Assembly (NCBI GenBank): GCA_964490105.1
Contig: CAZAZU010000001.1
Location: 646,245-710,244 of the forward strand
DNA length: 64,000 nt
Reading direction: 5' to 3'
DNA from: an uncultured Gammaproteobacteria bacterium
GTDB lineage: Bacteria > Patescibacteriota > Microgenomatia > Levybacterales > UBA12049
In this document: piece after piece, positions 17,117 through 25,697 of the stretch
Numbering within the stretch: the first letter of the stretch is position 1
How the letters are laid out: the number at the start of each line of letters is the position of its first letter
The notes under the pieces: model-generated
Databases searched by the model: none
Told to the model about the DNA's origin: nothing
What the model saw: the letters and a program-made list of their open reading frames with translations, nothing else
Program-made: the position numbers and the translations under genes

Positions 17117-19024
17117 ATGACAGCGAAGCAAATCATAGATATTTATATAAGTTTTTTTGAAAAACGCGGACATAAAAGAATCCCCAATTCTCCACTCGTT
17201 CCTGAAAATGACCCCACTACTCTTTTTACTTCTTCCGGAATGCAGCCTTTAGTTCCATATTTATTAGGACAAGAACATCCCCAAGGAAACAGATTAGTAG
17301 ATGTACAGAATTGTTTTAGAGCAGTAGATATCGATGAAGTTGGAGATAACAGGCACACCACTTTTTTCCGAATGCTCGGCAACTGGAGCCTAGGAGATTA
17401 TTTTAAAAAAGAGGAAATTCCATGGCTTTGGGAACTACTCACAAAAGAGCTAAGACTTCCAAAAGAAAAACTATATATAACAATCTTTGGAGGAGATGAA
17501 AATTTCAAAGTTTTAAAAAATGACAAATATCAACCGCTAACTCCGGACGCAGAATCATATTCCATATGGGCCAAAACATTAGATATTGAAAATGATGCAG
17601 ATGAAAAGAAGAAGAGAATCACCTATTGCGGTGCTGATAAAAATTGGTGGTCTAGGTCTGGAGTACCAGAAAAAATGCCAATCGGTGAACCGGGAGGACC
17701 TGACACGGAAGTTTATTATAAATTTGAAAATATTGAGCACGAAAAAAATTGCCTAGGTGACAGCCCAGCGTTATGTGAATGCGGAGTTTACTTAGAAATC
17801 GCGAATGCAGTCTTCATGCAATATAAAAAAATCGACGAAATAACTTTTGAAGAATTACCAAATAAAAATGTGGATTTTGGTGGCGGACTTGAGAGACTTA
17901 TCGCAGCTACAGAAAACAAGAGTGATATATTTCAGACTTCTCTTTTCGCACCTGTCATAAAATCTCTTGAAGACAATATATTAACAAAGTTTAAATATGA
18001 TAACGAAATAAGAGTTGATAAATCATTTAGGATAATCGCAAATCATCTTGTATCCGCTGTTTTTCTCATAAACTCAGGCATCTTGCCTGGAAATAAAGAA
18101 AGAGAGTCCGTCACTAGAAGATTAATTCGCAAAGCTGTTGCCCAAAAGTTTCTATGGGGAGATCGAGAAAAAAGTTTTTCTCCAGTAATAGAGATAATTC
18201 TTGAAACCTATAGAGAGACTGATCCTGAATTAAAAGATTTAGTAAAGAAAGTTATTGAGGAAGAAGAAATAAAAGCGAATAGAGCAACTAATGAAGGATT
18301 TAAGGCATGGAGCAAGTGGGTTGAAGCAGAATATATTTCTAATCCACAAATACCTGGAGATTTTATGCCTGGAGAAGGAGGTAAACTTCCACCACTTTCT
18401 GCTGAGAAAATGTTCGATCTTTATCAGTCCTATGGCTTATCACTTGATGTTATGGAAGATGTAACCCAAGGAAATATAGACAAGGAAGGTTTTAATAAAC
18501 TACTTGAAAAACATCATGATATTTCTCGAGCTGGTGCTACTAAAAAATTCGCGGGAGGGCTTGCGGATCATTCTGAACAAACAGTGAGAGGACACACTGC
18601 GACCCACCTTATGCACCAAGCCATAAGAGATATGCTGGGAACATCAGTTCACCAGTCAGGGTCAAACATTACAGCTGAAAGAGTGAGGTTTGATTTTAAT
18701 TTTGATAGAAATTTAACAGATGAGGAAATAACCAAACTTGAACAGACTGTAAACGAAAAAATAAAAGAAAAAATGCCTGTTTATTTTGAATTTATGCCGC
18801 TCGTTAAAGCTAAGGAAATAGGTGCAATCGGACTTTTTGATGAAAAATATTCTGACAAAGTAAAAATATATTTAATTGGTGACAAAAATCCAGAAAAAGC
18901 GTACTCAAAAGAGTTCTGCGGGGGCCCCCATGTCAACTTTACTGATGAGGTAAAATCGTTTAAGATAATAAAGCAGGAGAATATCGGAAACGGCCTGCGT
19001 CGGCTTTATGCAAAAGTCGGTTGA
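17117..19024 (+). CDS. alaS: Alanine--tRNA ligase, short form lacking the C-terminal (C-Ala) domain
   Basis: 635 aa. FTSSGMQP, FFRMLGNWSLGDYFK catalytic core, editing-domain HTATHLMHQAIRDML (HxxxH). Confidence 0.9.
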   Translation: MTAKQIIDIYISFFEKRGHKRIPNSPLVPENDPTTLFTSSGMQPLVPYLLGQEHPQGNRLVDVQNCFRAVDIDEVGDNRHTTFFRMLGNWSLGDYFKKEEIPWLWELLTKELRLPKEKLYITIFGGDENFKVLKNDKYQPLTPDAESYSIWAKTLDIENDADEKKKRITYCGADKNWWSRSGVPEKMPIGEPGGPDTEVYYKFENIEHEKNCLGDSPALCECGVYLEIANAVFMQYKKIDEITFEELPNKNVDFGGGLERLIAATENKSDIFQTSLFAPVIKSLEDNILTKFKYDNEIRVDKSFRIIANHLVSAVFLINSGILPGNKERESVTRRLIRKAVAQKFLWGDREKSFSPVIEIILETYRETDPELKDLVKKVIEEEEIKANRATNEGFKAWSKWVEAEYISNPQIPGDFMPGEGGKLPPLSAEKMFDLYQSYGLSLDVMEDVTQGNIDKEGFNKLLEKHHDISRAGATKKFAGGLADHSEQTVRGHTATHLMHQAIRDMLGTSVHQSGSNITAERVRFDFNFDRNLTDEEITKLEQTVNEKIKEKMPVYFEFMPLVKAKEIGAIGLFDEKYSDKVKIYLIGDKNPEKAYSKEFCGGPHVNFTDEVKSFKIIKQENIGNGLRRLYAKVG

Positions 19025-21318
19025 TCTCTATGAACTTACCAAAACTGCCCTTTTTAGAGAAAAAGAATAAATCGGAGTTTTTCCTCTCTCTAGTTCTTCG
19101 TGATGAAAAAGCTAGTGCTGTAGTTTTTCAGGAAATTGACGGGAAAATAAATGTAGTCGGAGAACATGTAGTTAACTTTAAAACATCCGTTGAAGACGCC
19201 TCAGAAGAAGAATTACTTGACGCGATAGATAAAGCGGTTTCAACTGCAGAAAAAAATCTTCCCCCTGACATGGAAAGTCACAAAACTATTTTTGGAGTAA
19301 AACAGGACTGGATAATTGACGGAAAGATTAAACCTGCATATCTAACTAAATTAAAAAAAATAAGCGATGAACTGGAATTTAAGCCAATGGGTTTTCTTGT
19401 AATTCCTGAAGCCATCGCACATCTGCTTCAAAAAGAAGAAGGCGCACCAGTTACTGCGATTCTCGCTGAAATCGGACAAAAAAACGTAACTCTTTCTTTA
19501 ATTAGAGCAGGAAAAATTGTAGAAGCAAAAGGAGCCGCAATCGGCGACTCGCTGGTCGCGACAGTTGAAACAGTTCTTAAGCATTTTTCCGTGGAAAATC
19601 TCCCGCCAAGAATTATTCTGTTTGATAGCGGACGCGAAGATGTCCAGCAAAAATTTATAACTCATAAATGGAGTCAAAGTCTTCACTTTTTACACCTCCC
19701 TCAAGTAAGTGTACTTCCAGCAAATTTTGATGCAAGAGCCGTACTTTCTGGTGCAGCAACTCAGATGGGATTTGAAATATTTGAAGCTTCTCTTACTGAT
19801 GTAGAAAATTCAAACACCAAACATATAAGAGCTGCTGTTCCAATTGTCGAGGAAGAACCAGACAGAACGCTTGCTGAGGCAGCATCTGAATTTGGATTTG
19901 TTGGAGGGGACGTAAAAGATACTAAAGCAGAAGCCAAAACTGAAAAAGATTTACTTGAAACCACAGAAGAATTAGAAATAGAAGATACAGAACCAGTTAA
20001 AGATATTCCAAAAACTGCTGTAATGGATAACATATCTCCCGCAGATCAATTCAGAGAAATTCCAGAAGAAGTAAAAATAAATAGTGCGGAGAAAAAACCG
20101 CTTCCAATAAACGCAGCGCTAATGATGAGTGGCATTATGGGTTTTATTAAAAAAGTACATCCGGGGAAAATATTAAAAGGAGCAAATGGATCACGCAAAA
20201 AACTCATAATTGGAATTATTCCGCTCGCCATAATTCTTCTTTTCCTCTACATTTATCTTTTTGGCAGGAGTGCGACAGTTACTTTAGGAATTGATGCCAG
20301 AGAAGAGGATGAGGAAGTAAATGTAACATTCTCTGAATCTGAAGCGACAAGCGCTTCGGATAATGTTATAAATGCGGAGTTTATAACTGTTACAGCTGAT
20401 GGTAAAAAATCTATCGCTACCACAGGTAAAAAAGAAATCGGAGATAAAGCGAAAGGAACTGTAACATTATTTAACAGCAATACCTCAGGAGTTACGATTC
20501 CAACAGGCACCGTAATAACATCTCCAAATGATCTTAAATTCGTTACAGATAAGGCGGTCACAATTGCCTCCGCCTCAGGCGATATTTTCTCAGGAACTGA
20601 GCCCGGGAAAGCAGATGTAACTGTAACTGCTGAGAAATTTGGTACAAGTCAAAATCTCCCAAGCAATACTAAATTCACAGTCGAGGGAAGTAGCTCAGTT
20701 GCTGCAAAAAATGATAAAGCATTTTCAGGAGGAACTAAAAAAGAGGTAAAAGTTGTCGCGAAAAAAGATCAGGATAAATTACTCGCGGAACTTCAGAAAG
20801 ATTTAGAAACTGAAGCAAAAGAGCAAATTCAAAAAAAAGCAGAAAATGGATCTGTAGTATTACCAAACTTTATCTCAGTCGAATATGATAAAAAAACCTT
20901 CAGTAAAGACGTTGATGATGAAGCAACAGAAATCAGTCTAACCGGAACAATAAGCTATAAAGGGGTTTCGTACAAAGAAGAGGATATTCTAAAATTTGCT
21001 AAAGACAAACTTGAGACCAGCAGTGACTTAGAAGTAGATAAAGATAGCATAGAAGCAAGTGCAGCCAATCTAAAAGCAAAAGGAAATAATGCTACTGGAA
21101 AACTTACCATAAAAGCTAATCTGGTTCCAAAAATTGACTCAAAGGAAATTGCTAAGGAGATAAAAGGAAAATCTACGAAGGATGCTATTGAGAAACTAAA
21201 TGAAATAGATGAGGTAAATAAAGTAGATATAAAATTATTCCCGCCTATCCCCTTTCTCCCACAGCGTATTCCGTTCTCCTCGGGAAAGATAAAAATAATG
21301 ACAGAAAAAAATGGGTAA
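19021..21318 (+). CDS. Large bitopic membrane protein: N-terminal cytoplasmic domain with FtsA/PilM-like (actin-fold-like) features, central TM, C-terminal extracellular Thr/Ser/Lys-rich domain
   Basis: 765 aa. Start overlaps alaS stop (ATGA). TM LIIGIIPLAIILLFLYIYLFG near aa 395-415. Domain assignment is tentative. Confidence 0.55.
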   Translation: MISMNLPKLPFLEKKNKSEFFLSLVLRDEKASAVVFQEIDGKINVVGEHVVNFKTSVEDASEEELLDAIDKAVSTAEKNLPPDMESHKTIFGVKQDWIIDGKIKPAYLTKLKKISDELEFKPMGFLVIPEAIAHLLQKEEGAPVTAILAEIGQKNVTLSLIRAGKIVEAKGAAIGDSLVATVETVLKHFSVENLPPRIILFDSGREDVQQKFITHKWSQSLHFLHLPQVSVLPANFDARAVLSGAATQMGFEIFEASLTDVENSNTKHIRAAVPIVEEEPDRTLAEAASEFGFVGGDVKDTKAEAKTEKDLLETTEELEIEDTEPVKDIPKTAVMDNISPADQFREIPEEVKINSAEKKPLPINAALMMSGIMGFIKKVHPGKILKGANGSRKKLIIGIIPLAIILLFLYIYLFGRSATVTLGIDAREEDEEVNVTFSESEATSASDNVINAEFITVTADGKKSIATTGKKEIGDKAKGTVTLFNSNTSGVTIPTGTVITSPNDLKFVTDKAVTIASASGDIFSGTEPGKADVTVTAEKFGTSQNLPSNTKFTVEGSSSVAAKNDKAFSGGTKKEVKVVAKKDQDKLLAELQKDLETEAKEQIQKKAENGSVVLPNFISVEYDKKTFSKDVDDEATEISLTGTISYKGVSYKEEDILKFAKDKLETSSDLEVDKDSIEASAANLKAKGNNATGKLTIKANLVPKIDSKEIAKEIKGKSTKDAIEKLNEIDEVNKVDIKLFPPIPFLPQRIPFSSGKIKIMTEKNG

Positions 21319-22027
21319 AATTTATTACAAAGGAAAAAATAGAAATTATAAAATATTATTTAAACTTGGAAGCATCGGCGTAATAATATTCGGGGCAATT
21401 TTATTTGCATATACTTTTTTCCCTCTTCTCTCCTGGCATATTTATTTTGCACCGGCATTTGCATCTCAAAAAATACAAGCCCCGATTCCTAACCAAACAG
21501 TAATTAGCCCCACAAATATAGGAACTCTTCTTGAAAATGCGGCTAGTTCTATAAATAGAGATTATACAAATGCTTACAACTGGTATCCCGATGCTCAGGC
21601 TCAGAAATCAAGCAATGTAGCAACTTACAAAATATCCTTTCCTAAAATAGGAATTACTGATGCAGAAGTCTCTAACAAGGACACGGATTTAACCCGCCAC
21701 ATGGTTCAATTTAATTCTGATACGTTACCTGGAAAAGACGGAAATTCTGTAATCTTCGGCCATTCAACACTTCCTCAGCTTTATAATCCAAAAGACTACA
21801 AAACTGTTCTCGCAAACGCATATAAATTAGAGGTTGGGGATCAAATAATTACTGAGATTAATGGAAAAAAGCATAACTATAAAATTATAAGTATTACAGT
21901 AGTAGAGCCCACTGACACTTCCGTTTTAGCGCAAAATTTTACAGACAGTTTTTTAACAATTATTACCTGCACTCCTCCCGGAACAATTTGGAAAAGATTA
22001 ATTATTAAAGCGAGGATTCAAAAATAA
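21311..22027 (+). CDS. Sortase family transpeptidase
   Basis: 238 aa. N-terminal TM. Catalytic His IFGHS, Cys motif LTIITCTPPGT (TLxTC), Arg KRLIIKARI. Overlaps the upstream gene by 8 nt. Confidence 0.8.
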   Translation: MGKIYYKGKNRNYKILFKLGSIGVIIFGAILFAYTFFPLLSWHIYFAPAFASQKIQAPIPNQTVISPTNIGTLLENAASSINRDYTNAYNWYPDAQAQKSSNVATYKISFPKIGITDAEVSNKDTDLTRHMVQFNSDTLPGKDGNSVIFGHSTLPQLYNPKDYKTVLANAYKLEVGDQIITEINGKKHNYKIISITVVEPTDTSVLAQNFTDSFLTIITCTPPGTIWKRLIIKARIQK

Positions 22028-22161
22028 TATGGAAAGAGTAGGAATTCAAAGATTCTTGTATAACATTTGGCCGACAATTTACAAAGTCGTAAATAATACT
22101 TTTTTTGCGGCTTTAAAATTTCTTAAAAACTTAGTTAGACTCATGATAAACCAAATTAAGC

Positions 22162-23436
22162 ATGGATGAAAAAGAGCAGGCAATAGCCGCCATAAGAAAA
22201 AAACTTGTTGGAAAAGACCTTAATTATAAGGAAATTTTTGCCATCATGGACCAAATCTCCAAAGAAAAACTGGGAGATGTTTTAACGACTTATTTCGCAG
22301 CTTCTGGATTTTCAAAGGGCTTTTCAGACGATGAAATTTATTATCTAACTAAAGCGATGATTGAGACCGGAGAAAAACTAAATTTCTCAGGAATTGTTGC
22401 GGACAAACACTCAATCGGAGGAGTTCCTGGAACTAGAACTACTATGATAGTAGTTCCCATCGTCGCAGCAGCAGGTTTTAAGATACCCAAGAGCTCTTCA
22501 CGCGCTATTACTACTCCAGGCGGAACAGCTGATGATTTTGAAATTTTAGCACCAGTAAACCTGAGCAAACAAAAAATTTATGCGACAGTTAAAAAAACTA
22601 ATGGATGTATAGTTTGGGGTGGAAGTTTTAATATAGCGCCAGCTGACGACGTAATTATAAAAGTAGAGGAAGTTCTTCTTTTTGAATCTTTCGATAAAAT
22701 TCTTATCTCAATCATGGCAAAAAAAGTAGCTTTTGGAAGTAATCACGTAGTAATTGATATTCCGTATGGTGAGTCTGTAAAGGTACATAATGTTAATGAC
22801 GCAAAGCTTCTTAAGAGAAAATTCATCGAGCTTGCGAAAAAATTTGATGTCAAAATAGAAGTTTTAATTCATAAGACTGATGAACCAGCTGGGCGTGGTA
22901 TCGGTCCAGTTCTTGAGACTAAAGAATCACTATTAGTTCTTGAACAGGATCCAAAAAGAGCGCCGGATCTAGAAGCAAGAAGTATAAATCTAGCAGGAAG
23001 TCTTTTGGAACTTTGTCTTGCGAGCAGCCCGGCAGCATTTAGAAACAAAATAATTAAAGAACATAAAAATGGATTTAATTGGGCGCTTCATATTCTCCTC
23101 TCAGGTCTTGCGCTGTCAAAATTCAAGCAAATTATAAAAGCACAAGGCGGAGACGCAAATGTAACAAGTAAAGACTTAAAACCTGGTAAACATAAATTCG
23201 AATACGTTGCCCCAAAAAATTGTGAAATTGCAGGCTTTAACATAAAAAATCTTACAATGATAACTAGAATTCTTGGCGCTCCCGATATGAAATCAGCAGG
23301 CATTTATTTAAATAAGAAAATTGGAGAGAAAGCTCGCAAGAACGAGCCAATCTGTACTTTTTACTCCGATTCTGTGTATAATCTTAAAGAAGGAAAAGAG
23401 TCATTAGAAAACTTCCCTTTAGTAAAGTTTAAATGA
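22162..23436 (+). CDS. Thymidine phosphorylase family protein (pyrimidine-nucleoside / AMP phosphorylase-like)
   Basis: 424 aa. DKHSIGGVPG phosphate-binding motif and SSRAITTPGGTADDFE. Confidence 0.8.
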   Translation: MDEKEQAIAAIRKKLVGKDLNYKEIFAIMDQISKEKLGDVLTTYFAASGFSKGFSDDEIYYLTKAMIETGEKLNFSGIVADKHSIGGVPGTRTTMIVVPIVAAAGFKIPKSSSRAITTPGGTADDFEILAPVNLSKQKIYATVKKTNGCIVWGGSFNIAPADDVIIKVEEVLLFESFDKILISIMAKKVAFGSNHVVIDIPYGESVKVHNVNDAKLLKRKFIELAKKFDVKIEVLIHKTDEPAGRGIGPVLETKESLLVLEQDPKRAPDLEARSINLAGSLLELCLASSPAAFRNKIIKEHKNGFNWALHILLSGLALSKFKQIIKAQGGDANVTSKDLKPGKHKFEYVAPKNCEIAGFNIKNLTMITRILGAPDMKSAGIYLNKKIGEKARKNEPICTFYSDSVYNLKEGKESLENFPLVKFK

Positions 23437-24389
23437 AGAGAATTTATATAACGGTTGCTATCCTCGCAGTACTTATTATTCTTTCTCTTGGCTGGTGGCT
23501 AAGAGGAACTTCCCCAGCAAACTCCAAAGACAATACTCCTAAAATATTTATAGTTGAGCAGGGTGAAGGTGTTAGATCAATTGCAAGAAACCTTAAAGAA
23601 CAGGGATTAATAAAAGACCCTACTGCATTTTTTCTTTTAACCAAACAAACAGGGCTTGATAGTAAAATCCAGGCAGGGAGCTTTAGATTAAATCCATCTA
23701 TGACAGCGCGTGAAGTAGCACAGGCTCTAACTGTGGGCACTGAAGACATTTGGATCACAGTTCCTGAAGGTCAAAGAGCTGGTGAAATAGCCGATACTCT
23801 GGAAAAAATCATGCCTAATTATGATGCCTCCTGGGAGGATGTTTTAGAAAAAAATGAAGGATATTTATTCCCTGATACTTATCTTTTACCAAAAGATGCA
23901 GATGTAGATGCGGTAGTAAAAATTATGAGAGATAATTTCGATTCTAAATATGCAACCTTAGATACTTCAAAAGTTAATCTAACAGAAAATCAAATAGTAA
24001 CTCTTGCTTCTCTAATCGAGCGCGAGGCAAGACACGCCGAAGATAGACCAATTGTTTCAAGTGTTATTCATAACAGATTAGACATTGGAATGAAGCTTGA
24101 TATCGATGCAACTCTTCAATACATAAAGGGTTACGATAATGCTTCGAAAAGATGGTGGCCAAATAATATAACTAATGAGGACAAACAATCTGCTTCTCTT
24201 TATAACACCTACGGAAGGGCAGGACTTCCTCCAGGACCGATTGCAAACCCAGGACTCTTAAGCCTTCAAGCTGCTGTTAACCCTGACGATACACCATATT
24301 TTTACTATATTACTGATAAAAACGGTGTTAATAGATATGCAGAAACTCTGGACGAACACGAGGAAAATATCTCTACCTACGGCCTCTAA
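23433..24389 (+). CDS. mltG: Endolytic murein transglycosylase MltG (YceG-like)
   Basis: 318 aa. N-terminal TM. YceG-like motifs TVPEGQRAGEIA, EGYLFPDTYLLPKD, LASLIEREA. Confidence 0.85.
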   Translation: MKRIYITVAILAVLIILSLGWWLRGTSPANSKDNTPKIFIVEQGEGVRSIARNLKEQGLIKDPTAFFLLTKQTGLDSKIQAGSFRLNPSMTAREVAQALTVGTEDIWITVPEGQRAGEIADTLEKIMPNYDASWEDVLEKNEGYLFPDTYLLPKDADVDAVVKIMRDNFDSKYATLDTSKVNLTENQIVTLASLIEREARHAEDRPIVSSVIHNRLDIGMKLDIDATLQYIKGYDNASKRWWPNNITNEDKQSASLYNTYGRAGLPPGPIANPGLLSLQAAVNPDDTPYFYYITDKNGVNRYAETLDEHEENISTYGL

Positions 24390-24700
24390 TTCTTTGCGGT
24401 TTTGCGGAAAAATCTTTTAGAAGAACTCTTAGATTCTTGACCATTTCCTGCTACAGTTTCAATTACGATCGAATCACCTAAGTCTTCTATTTTCTCTTCT
24501 ACTTTTTTTAGCTGAACCTTTGTTTCTCTTCTTGCATCATTTTCAAGTTCTTTTGCTACTTCTCCCAAACCAGCAAGGCCATCTTCAGTAATAGTTTTTA
24601 AAATTTTATTTCCTTTTTTTGTGCCGAGCAGAAATACAGCGGCTCCTCCAATGAGCATGCCTAAAAGTATTCCGTCTGAAAATCTTCCATGATTACCCAT
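24386..24700 (-). CDS. Small membrane protein, YtxH-like
   Basis: 104 aa. N-terminal TM and charged coiled C-terminus. Confidence 0.4.
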   Translation of the reverse strand: MGNHGRFSDGILLGMLIGGAAVFLLGTKKGNKILKTITEDGLAGLGEVAKELENDARRETKVQLKKVEEKIEDLGDSIVIETVAGNGQESKSSSKRFFRKTAKN

Positions 24701-24971
24701 TTTTCTTTTCCTCCTTATCGTCCGAAACCTTTTTTATAATTGATGCTATTGTCCCTCCAGCTTTAAGACCCATTAGAATTGATGAGATACTTGTTAGAGG
24801 CTGGGAAACACTCTGAGTGATGTCTCCGGTATTATCTAGAACTTTATTTGCCTTAGTAATTGTTTTTCGAAGATCTTTTAGAATAAAGAACACTTGAATT
24901 CCCAAGACTAAAAGAAGAAGCGTGAGAATTATGATAACGATAAATAATAATATTTGGGCAGGATCGGTCAT
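24693..24971 (-). CDS. Small membrane protein, DUF948-like
   Basis: 92 aa. N-terminal TM, then a helical region. Confidence 0.4.
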   Translation of the reverse strand: MTDPAQILLFIVIIILTLLLLVLGIQVFFILKDLRKTITKANKVLDNTGDITQSVSQPLTSISSILMGLKAGGTIASIIKKVSDDKEEKKNG

Positions 24972-25025
24972 AGTACTAATTAACTTATATCATTGAATTC
25001 TAGGTGTCAAGATATATTCACTATA

Positions 25026-25697
25026 TCAATCACCTAACTTAATATTAATCTTTCGCTCTAGTGTTGTAGTTCTGCCAAATTTATTCTCTACTTGAAACGT
25101 AAGAGAAGTAGATCCCGGAAAAACTGTAATCTGTTTATTAAAACTCCCGTCCGAATTTATCGTAACTTGTTCATTCTCGACCATAAGAATTCCATTCGGA
25201 TCAGTTTTTCCCTTCACTTCAATATTTAGTGAAGATAATGTTTGACCTTCCTGAGGTGAGTCTACATCCAAACCCGGGTTAAACACTGCAGCTCTATATT
25301 GAAAAAATAGAAAAGCTGAAATTATTAAAAACACAGCAGCCACCAGAAGTGCGCTTTTTCCGATCTTAAATCTAGGGAGAGTAAAATCCGAAGAATTAGT
25401 TAGTCCTCTTGGTAACACCTCAACCGCTTTCTTTCCGTCAAATTCGCGCCTAAATATTGCAAGACTTTTTTCAACCGGTAAACCTAAAAATTCTGCATAA
25501 TTTCTAACAAATCCATAAGCGTAAGCAGGGGAAGGGAGTTTTTTGTAATCCCCTCTTTCTATCGCACTCAAGAATTCAGCTCTAATTTTTGTAGCACGCG
25601 AAACCTCTTCAATGGATAGATTTTGATTTTTTCGTTCCTCCTGGAACTGTATTCCTATACTAATCATATTTAAATTACTCGCTTTGAGGCTCACCAA
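25026..25697 (-). CDS. rodZ: RodZ-like cytoskeleton protein (XRE-type HTH + TM + C-terminal domain)
   Basis: 223 aa. HTH LSIEEVSRATKIRAEFLSAIERGDYKKLPSPAYAYGFVRNYAEFLGL. Central TM. Confidence 0.6.
   Translation of the reverse strand: MVSLKASNLNMISIGIQFQEERKNQNLSIEEVSRATKIRAEFLSAIERGDYKKLPSPAYAYGFVRNYAEFLGLPVEKSLAIFRREFDGKKAVEVLPRGLTNSSDFTLPRFKIGKSALLVAAVFLIISAFLFFQYRAAVFNPGLDVDSPQEGQTLSSLNIEVKGKTDPNGILMVENEQVTINSDGSFNKQITVFPGSTSLTFQVENKFGRTTTLERKINIKLGD

Noticed and set aside
22029-22172. 47-aa ORF (MERVGIQRFLYNIWPTIYKVVNNTFFAALKFLKNLVRLMINQIKHG) between the sortase and phosphorylase genes
   Set aside because: Below the ORF-track threshold. No RBS or conservation evidence available. Possible small protein, not called.
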